Below, in pieces: positions 11,949-23,780 of a stretch of DNA of 64,000 nucleotides (its first letter is position 1; the number at the start of each line of letters is the position of its first letter). The stretch spans positions 124,001 to 188,000 of the forward strand of contig NW_003314384.1 of assembly GCF_000143415.4 (NCBI RefSeq), given 5' to 3'. The DNA comes from Selaginella moellendorffii. Lineage: Eukaryota; Plantae; Lycopodiophyta. A model generated the notes under the pieces. It did no database searches. It saw only the letters and a program-made list of their open reading frames with translations, and was not told the DNA's origin. A program made the position numbers and the translations under genes.

Positions 11949-13081
11949 GCAAAGACTCAACTTTCTTTGAATAGAATCTACCTCTTACACTTGATGCAGG
12001 TGATTTTTAAAGTTTTGTCCCTGCCCTCCATGATCCATTTTATATTTTGATATTGAGAAAAAAAATTTAAAATTTATACAAAAAATATATAACTTACAAA
12101 TGAAATACTTTGTGATCACAAAATGATACATCACACATTCCACCACATGGAACTCAGCTTATGACGATAAAATAACATAGTCATATCTATAATTGCAATG
12201 AACTTGGAATATAAACTCATCCGAAGTTTATCAAGAGGTCAGCACTACATCAAATGGGTGCTAAATAAATAGAAAGCAATAGAACACAAAAGACATACCT
12301 CCCAAAGTAAAATGTAGCATATATGGTATTTTAGAATTTCTTTCTTGGTTTTGTGAGCCTTTATCATCTTCTCATCCATGAAACATCTATACTGGCTGTC
12401 CTTGTGGCCAGCCAAGGCATGGTCTGCAAAATGCTGCACTGCCGTCTTAGTTGCCATACCTTTGTACATTTAGAAAAAAAATCAATGCATTGCTTCGAGC
12501 ATCCGAATACTGTTCTCCTGGGAGCTGTGGTCTATATACCACTCCCTGTATCTGATGAATATCAATCATCAGTCATAGATGTAAACACAAAATTACTATA
12601 GTAGTTGTAAGCGGCTGCGAGAGACGAAAAATGAACTGGCGGCACAGTGCAACCAGAAAGTGAAGTGCACAGAATGGTAAATCATTTACTGATTGCAATA
12701 TGCCACCAGTTCATGCTTCCGAATCAAGAGCAGTAAGTGTGCATTGGGTGATCATCAGGTAGACTTATCTATATCTCTACTATCCTAGGCGTAGACCAAT
12801 TAATACCCAGTAGCTTCTCGGATAGCGCCAAATCCAAGAGCTCCTCGCGGCGTGAGAGGCCATAGATCCAGATGAACCCTCTTGGTGATGATGGTATTGT
12901 CTCTGATCCAGGGCTGGAGTTGTTTCCATCGGCTAAAGGTTCAGGCGTTAAAGTAGCAAATAGGATAGAGGAGATAGATGATTCAAAGGCCTTCATTCAC
13001 AGAGGAAATGGCACGGATGATTTCACATTAGCATGCAGCCCGTGTGATGGATCATGATCCCGGAGCAGTTAATCGGAAGCC

Positions 13082-13772
13082 ATGGGCTACGCTGCCACGA
13101 AATGGGTCCATTCTCTCTGCTGCTCGACACATATCATAGCAATCCACGGTTGCTTTCTCTACGTCTCCTCCACCGGGAGCTGGCAGCCTCTGTTAGATGT
13201 TGAAGGGGAAGAAGACGTGGACCTTGAGTTAATGGATGGTCAAGAGGTGAGGGAGATTGGAAAAAGGGTACATTCCATCCGTCTACTACAACCCCAAGAA
13301 TCGATCATACAAGGGCTTGCCGGTGGCGCCAGATAATGTCCGTCCTAAGGGTTTCCACTGGCACCAGGGCAGCTTCTCTTGCATACCTTTTGAAGAGTTT
13401 GAGGTCTTCAGCTGGCAGGGTGGTGAAGAAGGGTGGCAAAAGGTTGCTGCACATCCCATATACCAGGATGGGGTTGACAGATTAGTTTTGGTTTACGGCA
13501 GGTGGTCGCTACGCTTGCATATCTCAGGGGAATATAAGCGATCCGGATGGATCCGGACTCTGGTCGCTTCATTGTGGTCTACGACTTGGAGGAGAGGCAG
13601 TGGCATTACCACACCTTGCATGCTGATTCTGGATTTGGTATTCCAAATGTTGTTGTGTGCAACCGCGCTCCAGAGCTTGGTGATTTGGAGGCTACCACCA
13701 CCTTCAATGCAGTGTGGGCTCGAGATCGTGTACTTCTGCAGCTACCGCCCATTTCTTCTGCATGACTTTTGA
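13082..13772 (+). pseudogene. Decayed F-box-associated/kelch-like beta-propeller fragment
   Basis: Motifs VYYNPKNRSYKGLP, FEVFSWQGGEEGWQKV, FIVVYDLEERQW and IPNVVVCN are spread over three frames; no F-box motif seen. Confidence 0.45.
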
Positions 13773-14342
13773 TGCAATAGCATGTTAATGCTTGACAATG
13801 TTGTTTAGATTGAAATCCAACTCATGAAAGTTGGATGAACTTCGGGCATACATGATTTTTTCTCCTGAATGCCACATTTACTGTGGATGTGGATGATCAA
13901 GTTTGAGAGGCGAGTGACATATTCAAGTTTGTCTGGTCCCATGACATGAGACACTCTCGAAAGAAATTGAAGTTGGCGAAACAAAGAAAAGAGGGCAAAG
14001 CAAAAAAAAAAAGGAAGCTCAGGTTGGTTGGTCAAGAATGGATCGATGGCCTGTCCTTTGGAACACAAGACCATCGAGAGTCCAGACCGGTGTTCGTCCA
14101 GAGGGCGATCCAGTATGAGGTGCTGGAAACCATTCGGGAGATCCAGGAGAGGCAAAGGAGATCGAGAAGAACTTGCTGATTTTCCTCGACATGGCTGTGC
14201 TGGTGGAAGCTCATTGAGATATGATCGCATGGCGGCCAACTACGTGGACAGGGAACTCGCAGCCACTGTGCCAAGCAGCACCCAGAAGTGCACGCTCATT
14301 GCGATCATCCTGCTGCTGCTATGGTTACGACTCGGTTGTCAG

Positions 14343-14520
14343 CACCACGGACTACCACCATTCTTCCTCGCGTGATAACGAGAAAGATCCACTGACTTTG
14401 AGACCTCCAGCGTACATTCTTGGACCCCGTCCCTGACTACGAAGCTGGAAGAAACGTTTTACGAGTGAACTTGATCGAGAACCAAGAGCTTTTAGTTGAA
14501 AAAAACCGAAAGTGTATATA
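14343..14520 (+). repeat. Direct repeat copy 2; abuts the DXR stop codon (DXR 3'UTR)
   Basis: Near-identical to 11764-11948 and encodes the same TTDYHHSS.RDNEKDPLTLRPPAYILGPRP* peptide. Confidence 0.9.
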
Positions 14521-14525
14521 TATTC

Positions 14526-16711
14526 TCATACCGGTACAGGTTGCGGAGGGGCCTGTGCCGCGACTTCCGCAGCGTAAATCCGGGCCCATCGGTCGGATGT
14601 GAGGATATCATCCAGGCTTGGCTCCTTGACAAAATCTCGCTTGTGCGTTTCGCAAGTCTTCTCGATCAATCTGATGATGTCGAAATAACCAATCCTGGAA
14701 ACACAGCCATGAGAAAAGAATCCTTGGAAACTAACTATTTTGCTTACTTCTCGTCTAGGAAGAGCTCCACTGCTTTCTCGTTGGCCGCGCTCATGACTCC
14801 TGTCATTGTTCCTCCCATTCTTCCAGCTGCGTAGGATATGTCCATGGATGGATACTTTGCTCGGTCGGGGGCTTTGAACGTTAGCGATCCAGTCCTGTTT
14901 CAAAGCTCCGGTGTGACTAAATGTTTCCAACCGACAAGGTGATAAAATGTGAAGCTTACTTGACAAAATCAAGCCTTGGCCAGGTGATTTCTGAGCATGG
15001 AACTCTATCCGGCCAAGAGAGTGTGTAAAGAATAGGTAGTCGCATGTCAGGCCACCCCAATTGCGCCAGGATGGAGGAATCCTGTATTTGACTAGCTGTG
15101 TTAGTTGTGTGTTGAAGCATTCAACTCATATTACCTGTGTCTCGATCATGGAGTGTATAATGGATTGGGGATGGATAACAATGTCAATGTCATCATAGTC
15201 AGCTCCAAACAAATAGTGAGCTTCAATGACCTCGAGTCCCTGCCAGCAGAAGATGTTAGTTCAGCAGACAAGTATAAAAATGTTTTTTTACCTTGTTCAT
15301 CAAGGTTGCCGAATCCACAGTAATTTTCTTTCCCATACTCCAGTTTGGATGCTTCAGCGCATCTGCTGGTTTGACGTCCTTGAGCCTTTCCACTGGCCAG
15401 TCCCTGATTTTTAAAGAGAAGTTCAGTTTGGATTGGTGAAGTATAACGACTGGTCAGTCGATTTTAGTTACCTGAACGCTCCACCAGATGCTGTGAGAAC
15501 AATCCTACGCATTCCGCCCTCTGGAAGCCCCTGAATGCACTGAAATACGCATGGTTGAATGTTAGAAATAAGCACTGTTGGAGGAAAGAAAATACATCAC
15601 CTGGAAAATCGCGGAATGTTCTGAGTCCGCAGGTAGGATGTTGATTCCGTGTTTCTTTGCAAGAGGTAGAACATATGGACCGCCGGCTATGAGAGTTTCC
15701 TTGTTGGCTAGAGCAATATCCTTTCCAGCTGCTATTGCTGCTACTGTAGGCTGCAAAGAATATTATTGTACATGTCTAAGTGCTTGAAGAACAAACTTTC
15801 GTGTACGCTTACCTTGAGGCCAGCACAACCAACGATTCCAGTCACAACTTCTACTGCCTCTGGATGACACGCTATCTGAAGAGCAAAAAAAAGCAAACAC
15901 AAGAGGAAAACATAAGACCAAAAACAAACTGAGAAAATCAAAGTACCTGTACAGTTCCTTCGTCCCCAACGACAATCTCTGGTTTTACGTCAAGATCAGC
16001 AATGGCTTCTTTCAATTCGTCGATTAGCGATGCGTCTCGAATCCCAACCATGCTTGGTTTGAATCTCCTGACCTGTTGATTGGCAGTGTAAGCTCGTATA
16101 AAACAGATACGACCAATTCGTAGTTTACCTGATCAGCAAGAAGTGTAACGTTTGAGCCAGCAGCCAGCCCAACAACTTTGAATCTGTCAGGATTTTCCGA
16201 GACGATGTCAAGTGTCTGGCACAACACCACGTTAGCATCCTCATCGCTTGCATAGGAAACGAAGAAAAACAATTCTAACCTGTGTGCCGATGGAGCCCGT
16301 GGATCCAAGAAGTGAAATGGGCTTTGGTCCATCCCAGGATTTTTTTCTAGCTCCATCCACCATTGCTCTGCCTGGCCAAGCTGAGGGGGGACCATTTGAC
16401 GAGCAGCGTATCTTAGAGGAACCAGCATTTCTTGAGCACTCTTGCGTACTGGAGGAGGTACCACATTGAGCGCCTGCAAACATGCAAAGCTAGAACGAAT
16501 GAGTACTGTCGCTGTCGAAAACGTGTTTCACGCACCTGTTACTGCCAATTTCCTCCCTGTGAAACACGAACTGGAGCTCGAACTCAGCCGCTGCAAATCC
16601 CCCTAGAAAGAAATTTCCACATCCATGAGAAATCCCAGCTCCAGAAAACCTTACATTCGCCGTGCTCCCGATGCGCCCTCCAGCATTGCTAAAAACAGCC
16701 TCCAAAGCCAT
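14526..16711 (-). CDS. DXR: 1-deoxy-D-xylulose-5-phosphate reductoisomerase (MEP pathway), multi-exon
   Basis: [78 protein letters not shown] and [12 protein letters not shown]; transit-peptide-like N-terminus. Confidence 0.97.
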
Positions 16712-17433
16712 CGGCAGCTCCCAGAAATCGCTAGACGCGCGGTCAATCGCTCGAAATATCGCAGCGGCAATGCATGCCTTTGCAACGACAGGCCAAGAGC
16801 CCTAAACTTCCTTATCCCCTGAGCGATTCCTCTGGCTGTGAAGGGGGCCTCGCCAAAGAACTTAATACGTATATATATGCACAGCCTGGAATGCATCGGA
16901 CCGTCCATCTGGTGCCCATTCCATGGTACCAGATGACGCGCAATCCCGCTCTGGACGATCCCAGCCGTGCAAACGTGGATCAAGCGAATCGTGACCGTGG
17001 GCCTAGCGCATGTTGTTTTAGTGAATGCTAGCGTGGTTGAATTGACCATAGTGTGGCGGTGTTGTTATAGTTAACAACCATTCGATTGGGAAATTTTGGT
17101 GGAACAAGTGTGACCTCAAGAATGGTGAGTAGCAATCGAGCAAATGGGTCTCCCAATTTTCTAAGTTTTGTCCATGGGATTGTATACTAATCGAGGACTG
17201 TAACTTAAAGCTACATGTCAACGATTCTCAACTTATTCGTGCCGCGCATGGCGACACACGCGGACATCCGAACAGGAAGATGCTTTTTTTTCCAAGAGAC
17301 GAGATTCGAACCCATGACGTTTGACGTTTGTAATGGCGCCAAAGTTTTTGAATTAGCCCTAAAACCAGGTTAGCGCAAAACCCTAGTTCTTCCTCTCCAC
17401 ACGTTGTTGCTAGGGAATGTGGAGGAGCGATCG

Positions 17434-18834
17434 ATGGCGCTCTCGTCTCCGCCTCCTGCCGCTGCTCGCGTGATCAGACCAGGTGGGAATTTGCTGCAAG
17501 GCGCTCGCTGGAGGAGCTCGATTGATCGACCATTGTTACAAGGAGGTATCACGAGGAGGATTTTCATCGATTTACCCTTGGTAGCCGCCGGATTGCTGCT
17601 GTGTAGGGCTGCTTACGCCGATACAATGGCTCCACATTATAGAGGTAAGAAGATTTGCACTCCAGCGATGAGCAAGGTGTTTATTTTCTCACAGGCCTCG
17701 AGAGGCTGCCTTTCAAAAAGGAAGGATACAACTTCTGGAAATGGAAAACACACCGAATTCATTACGTTGTCGAGGGCCAAGGAGCTCCTGTTCTGCTGGT
17801 GCACGGTTTTGGAGCGTCAGCTTTTCACTGGAGGTAAGCTTCGGAAATATAGATTTTTTCTATGGCATTTGTGAGTTTTGTACTCTCGCAGGTACAACAT
17901 TCCAGAGCTGGCAAAGTATTTCAAAGTGTATGCAATGGACTTGCTGGGATTTGGACTGAGTGACAAAGCTCTTGTTGAGTATGATCCATTTCTGTGGAGA
18001 GAACAAGTAGCCGCTTTTGCTCGGGAAGTTGTCCAAGAGCCTGTGGTGCTTGTGGGAAACAGGTAAGTCCTACTACTTTCTTCTTTCGTTTTCCTGCATG
18101 CCTAGGATCTTAGTTTTCTTGGCATTTTGATACAGCATTGGTGGATTTACAGTGCTTCACACAGCTTCAGTTTATCCTGAACTCGTCTCTGGCGTGGTTC
18201 TTCTAAATTCATCAGGACAGTTTGAAAGTGAACTGAAAGAGAAGAAAGCGAAACCTGTTGTGGAAGAAACAGCACTAAGGAGACTAATCAATCCTATCCA
18301 AGAATGGGGAAGACGATGGTTAGTTTTCCTGACATTCTGGCAAGCCAAACAGCCTTCTCGAATCCGCTCAGTTCTACAAAACGTCTGTTATTCTCGTTTT
18401 CTTTTCTATCCCGAGTACTAAAACTTGCTACCAGGTGTACAAGGACAACGAGAACGTGGATGACTATCTTGTGGAGTCGATCGTTTTACCAACAAAGGAC
18501 CCCAACGCAGCTGAAGTCTACTACAGGTATGCACATAGTCTTCTCGTGAGTGTTAAATGACTCGAGTTTCAGGATGATGTCGAGCTTTATGCTCAGGCCC
18601 TCGACGCTGACCATGGACTCGCTACTATCCAATCTCTCGTGTCCACTTCTACTTTTATGGGGAGTGTTGGATCCCTGGGTTGGTCCTGGAAAAGCAGAGA
18701 AGATCAGAGCCTTCTACAAAGATACTACGGTTGTGACTTTGGAAGCTGGGCATTGTCCACACGACGAAGCCCCGGGAGAGGTGAACAAGGCTCTGGTAGA
18801 GTGGATATCGGCAAAAGTATCGAACAGAGCCTAG
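17434..18834 (+). CDS. Plastid-type alpha/beta hydrolase (pheophytinase-related family)
   Basis: LLVHGFGASAFHWRYNIPELAK, DLLGFGLSDK, nucleophile motif VLVGNSIGG (split by an intron), LLLWGVLDPWV and AGHCPHDE. Confidence 0.92.
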
Positions 18835-19162
18835 TGAGCTTACTAAATTGAATATTTCTTACTTTGGGCCTGTTTTTCTTTCTCGCCAAGTTGCGTTTCG
18901 TGGTAGAGATTTTCTGGCGGTGAAACACGTGAACAGTTCCAAGTTTTCCACGCTCATCTACTTTGCAGTGACGCAAGCTTCTGTCACCCCGCCATTTCGG
19001 CCGCTATGATGGCCGTGGTTCACTCAGTGGAAAATGGAGCACTCTCGAACGCTGTCACGACTCACAAGCACTCTTCGGGCTCCACCACGCACAAGAACAG
19101 AGGTGAACAACTCTTTAAGTTTTTCCTTTAGTTTGATAGCTCTTTCAATCGAGGCTTACATT

Positions 19163-19938
19163 CTACCCTTTGCTGTAAGCAGGTCGTACGTTTGTGTTGC
19201 TGAAGAGGTAGTACGCAGAAATCGCCGCTGAGAATGCGAACAACACCGTCGAAATGAACGAAGTAACCAGCGAAGCTCCGAGCTGGTGACAAAACCGTCC
19301 GAAGAGGGAACAGACTTTGAGCCAGGATGCCTCTGGTGGTGCGTGAGCCCCCATATACGCAACCTCCGTTGATGCCGCAGCGGCTGCTAGGAGAACGTAA
19401 GTTATGAGCTGCAGACAAGAAAACGCTTCAACTCCCAATCTGATTGAAATTCTTTCAACAGGTGTGACCTGATCGAACACGAAGATGAACCATGCTATAG
19501 CCTTGGAGCGCTCGGCAGATATGATCGACAAGACCAACACAAGGAGCGTGTAACCAGCGCCGATTCCTGCCGCAGAGACGAGATATCTGAAAAGAAACCA
19601 GCGAGTAAACACAGTCGATAAGCGAACGAAACATGAGACGAACGTGAAGACTTAAGAAAGAAAGAGAGGAGAAAACCGTGAAAAACTTACACAAACGCCT
19701 TGGCCAAGTCGAAGCTGACCGTCTTGGTGATCGTCAAGTTATTGAAGCCTGGGACCTGAATGGCACTAGTCTGCTTATCCGTGATGAGAACGACCATGGT
19801 GACAGCGCAACACACAAACGCAGCGAAGCGAAGCATCAGATCCGTTCTCTTCAATCCTTTGCAGCCTTTCTGCTCCCCGGCAGAAATTGGAGGAGAGATT
19901 TGCTTGTCAGCAGCGACTGGAATTCGATGCTCGCTCAT
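19163..19938 (-). CDS. CASPL: CASP-like protein (CASPL, 4 TM), 3 exons
   Basis: DLMLRFAAFVCC...DKQT, AFVYLVSAAGIGAGY, FVFDQLITYVLLAAAAA and WLKVCSLFGRFCHQ. Confidence 0.93.
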
Positions 19939-20239
19939 TTTCGCTCTAGCTCTGCTCGACTCAACGCATTGGTAAGCTACTTTGAGTTTAAATACTCGTG
20001 ACTCTCTCAAGCGTGATTACTTTTCCATTGTTTTTTCCTTCCAGGGAAATACATCCATGGTCTTCCTAGTCACAGGTCAATGACAGCTAACGAGAAAGCG
20101 TCGCACGGGCATGAAGCAGATGAGTAGAAAGATTTTCTCCCCTCTTTCTCTCCACTCCTGATACTTTAAAGTAAATTTTTTCACAGGCGTTCTAGAAAAG
20201 CATCCGGCTTTTGCGTTCACACACACACTCGCGAGCGGC

Positions 20240-21766
20240 ATGGTGGTCAACTTGGCGTCCGTAGAGCAATTCAGCCGAGATCTCAAACAGTGCGCCGGTA
20301 CGAAGGACTTGAAACAAGGCCGGAAAATCCACCTTGCAATCCTCAGCAGCCAGCACCGACACAACACTTTCGTCTCCAACCTGCTCGTCCACATGTACTC
20401 GAGCTGCGGCAAGCTCCACGAAGCAATGGCCGTCTTCTCTCGGATCCCGGAGCCCAACATCTTCTCTTGGAACATCATGCTGGCGGCTTTCGTGTGGAGC
20501 GACGAGCTGGGAGAGGCCCGGAAGCTCTTTGACAGAATGCCACACAGGAACGTAGTCTCCTGGACGACGATCTTCCGAGCTTATGCCCAGAGCGGGCATC
20601 TGGACCAAGCCAAACTTATGTTCGATCAAATGCCCGAGTGGGACGTGGTCTCGTGGACGGCGATGGTTCAAGCTTACGCCGAGAATGGAGAGCTTTTGCA
20701 AGCGGAAAATATGTTCTCCCAGCTTTCAGACCGAAATATCGTCGCTACGAACGCTATGATCACGGCTTATGCCCAGAGAGGACAGGTCTCTCAAGCGAAG
20801 AAGCTGTTTGAGGAGATGCCCGAGAGAGATATCTCGTCCTACAACGTCATGATTCTGGCGTACTCGCAACAAGGACTGATGGAAGAATCTCGGCTGGTTT
20901 TTGACTCCATGCCTTGCCGCAACCTCGTCTCGTCGACCACCATGGTGCAAGCGTATGCCCAGAAGGGGTATATCGAAGAAGCCGAGAGGATTTTCAACCG
21001 GATGGTAGAGAGAGACGACGTTTCCTGGACCACCATGCTCCAGGCCTACGCTTCCAACGGCAACATCGAGAGAGCTCAAGAGACGTTCCGAGACATGCCA
21101 AGGCAGGACTTAGTCGCATGGACTGCGATGGTTTGCCTCTACGCACAAAACAGGCACACCAAGGCTGCGAAGTTCGTCTTCGACAGGATGCCGGAGAGAA
21201 ATGCCGTGTCGTGGATCCTGATGATAACAGCTCTCGGCCGAGATGGAAAGGTTGAGCAAGCACGGAAAATGCTCGACACAATGCCTCACTGCACAGTGGC
21301 TTGCTACAACGCCATGATCGGATGCTACGGACAGAATGGTCACGTCGAGGACGCCAGCGAAATTTTTCGACTCATGATCGTGGAGGGTGCCGTGCCCGAC
21401 GAGGCAACGTTCACGAGCGTTCTCGGAGCTTGTAGCCATGGTGGTCTTTTGGAGGATAGTCTCCACCACTTTAGAGCTATGCCGGACCAGCACGGTGTCG
21501 AGCACGTAAGGGAGCACTACTGCTGCGTGGCTGACATCCTGGGAAGAGTTGGGAAGCTAACGGAGGCTCACGAGTTGCTGAATTCGATGCCTCTCAGGCC
21601 TGGAGCTATCGGCTGGACATCCTTCGTTGGAGCTTGCATCACACACTCGGATGGCATTATCTCCGGAGTCGAGGGAGTGGAGAATGTTTTGGAGACGAAT
21701 CACTCCGAAAGTCTGGGGAAGCACTTGCCTTACGTGATGCTGGCGAACGTTTTGAAGAAATATTAA
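20240..21766 (+). CDS. PLS-class PPR protein (E domain, no DYW); may extend 5' via exons 19927-19971 and 20045-20075
   Basis: 508-aa ORF with tandem short PPR motifs and HYCCVADILGRVG...MPLRPGAIGWTSFVGAC. The frame stays open back to a phase-1 AG acceptor at 20186. Confidence 0.92.
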   Translation: MVVNLASVEQFSRDLKQCAGTKDLKQGRKIHLAILSSQHRHNTFVSNLLVHMYSSCGKLHEAMAVFSRIPEPNIFSWNIMLAAFVWSDELGEARKLFDRMPHRNVVSWTTIFRAYAQSGHLDQAKLMFDQMPEWDVVSWTAMVQAYAENGELLQAENMFSQLSDRNIVATNAMITAYAQRGQVSQAKKLFEEMPERDISSYNVMILAYSQQGLMEESRLVFDSMPCRNLVSSTTMVQAYAQKGYIEEAERIFNRMVERDDVSWTTMLQAYASNGNIERAQETFRDMPRQDLVAWTAMVCLYAQNRHTKAAKFVFDRMPERNAVSWILMITALGRDGKVEQARKMLDTMPHCTVACYNAMIGCYGQNGHVEDASEIFRLMIVEGAVPDEATFTSVLGACSHGGLLEDSLHHFRAMPDQHGVEHVREHYCCVADILGRVGKLTEAHELLNSMPLRPGAIGWTSFVGACITHSDGIISGVEGVENVLETNHSESLGKHLPYVMLANVLKKY

Positions 21767-21822
21767 AAGGTACGCTATAGGTAGAAGGGTTTTTGCTTAA
21801 TTCTTTTTGTTCTTTGGCAGGG

Positions 21823-23780
21823 ATGGATGCCGCAGCCCTCTATGCCGGGACGGTTCTTCTTCGTAAGACATTCGAGGCGCTCGCGCAGCGCTCCGTCACG
21901 TCACTCTTCACGCGGCTGCATTCCAGATTCAGTGGGCAGCATCGGGTTCGTGTTTCCTTTTATTTTCATCAATCAATGACAAGTTTATTCCCTACAGATT
22001 GAGCTCTTGCAAAAGGAGCTGGAATCCAGACTTCAGGTACGTTTAGCAAGCTACACTAGCAAGCTAGCAGTTTTTTGGAGCCACCCATCTGATTTAAGTT
22101 GGTTTTTGTGACGCAGGTTCTCAGCCTTCCCGTGGATATGTGTGTGCAATACGTGCTCCATGGAAACACGGTTCTACAGGTCAGTGTTTAATATTCTTTC
22201 ACTGTTTCCAGATGTTTTTCTGATTCATGCAGGGCGCTTTGGACATGATATTGCGTGTGATCAATGACATTGTGAGATTCCAAGAAGAACTTGAATCTCA
22301 AGTTTATAATGAGGTGTGTTTTTTTCTCTACAAGAAAATTGCTGTGACCCAATCTTCCAGGACGTCGTCAAAACCTCTCCATCCGAGGCAGAGAACAGGC
22401 TACAAGGTTTTCTCACAAGGTATTGCCTTTTGAGACTCTTCTTTTGCTTAAAATTGTGGAGCTGCAGACTGGATGCCATCTTGCCGTACATGGCGATGGC
22501 TATGAACGCTGTCTCGTTGCTAAAGTCAGAAGAGGATGGAATTTCTCCAGCACGTTTGATGGACGCCAGCTATTTGGTTGTTTTTTATTTTTATGCTCAC
22601 TCTTTTCTCACTAGCAACGTTTTTTCTCGCAGATTCGGGGTGCTGAAATTGGGAATGCTGTTCTGAGTTTCCGAGTGAAGCTTTATGAATATGAAACTCG
22701 ATTAACGCTCCCTCGCTGGCAAGAAAAAATTCCGCACTGCACTTTGACACTCAGAAAATTGGTGCCTTTACCGGACGCAGAAGCCGAGTTTCTCGTTGAG
22801 ATTGATAATTCGGTTCGTCAATTTCTCAGTTTTCTTTTTTCGTGGTTTTGAGCTATTGTCTGCATTTTCATATCCAGGATGAAGATCACAATGAGAATAA
22901 CCACCAGCATATATCGATACCTCTTTCAAATGTGGCTGCCATTGGTAATCATAAACTTGAGCAGCTGTGTTTGAATAATTTTCTTCTGTTGATATAGGTT
23001 CTTCCACTTTGCATGTTCTTGGGCTTGGACAACATGAGTTAGAGGCCGTCCTTCTCATTGACGTATATGCTACTTCCGGTCTTATTTGCTTTTCAAAAAC
23101 TTGGATTTGGTCTAGCTCTGACCCAGGTCTTTGTGTCCAGATAATTCGCCCGAACCTCTAGAATCTCCAGCAGGGGTGAGAATGAAAGAACTTGATGTGA
23201 AGCTAGTAATTTTCCTGTCAGGATCGACCTCAAGTCACAAGGATTGTTCACTATGCATTGCAATGCATGGATGGGGATGATGGTGGTGACAACGACAGTG
23301 CGTCGTCGAGTACCCAAAGCAGTGAAGCCTTGGGCCTGGAAGATCATGTTGGAGCAAGAACAGCAAAGCTTGGAGTTCTAGAGGTGGGATTATGTTACAT
23401 TTTCCTTTCTTCTTACCCCCTTTCCCTTGCAGTACGTCCTAAGGTTGTGCATTCTCCAAATCCGCGAGGAGAAGGATCATTGGCTCGTCCCAGACGAGCG
23501 GATAAGAATGTTTTTCGCTGATCCCAGGTTTAGTTTGTCTGATGCTTCCTTCTCATAATCCTTGAAGCGCATGCGTCGTCTACACAGATTCAACAGCGAG
23601 CCTGTGAGAAACACATCCAAGCCTCACAGACCACCGGGAAGTGGCAACTTAACGCCCAGAAACTCAACACCTCTGAGCGGGACAAAATCGTTGATAAGAA
23701 CTCCCACGACTCGAGGAAGCCGGAGAACAGTCACGGACATGTTTTACGAGCTCAACCTGGACCACCCCGCTCCTCAGTAA
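21823..23780 (+). CDS. Multi-exon gene resembling the RanGTP-binding protein Yrb30 family (Pfam Ran-binding)
   Basis: Spliced reading: LQKELESRLQVLSLPVDMCVQYVLHGNTVLQGAL...INDIVRF; FLTRLDAILPYMAMAMNAV...GISPARLMDASYL; KLYEY...WQEKI; LEYVLRLCILQIREEKDHWLVPDERIRMFF. These parallel the recalled Yrb30 blocks (SPAIDL..GNTSL, AIPLINLA..VSPSRLLQAS, LEYLIRL..LQ...H..I.D....FL). GT-AG introns keep frame. Confidence 0.7.

Noticed and set aside
21761-21825. PPR-Yrb30 fusion protein by stop-codon read-through
   Set aside because: After splicing 21770-21820 the downstream ATG is out of frame with the PPR.
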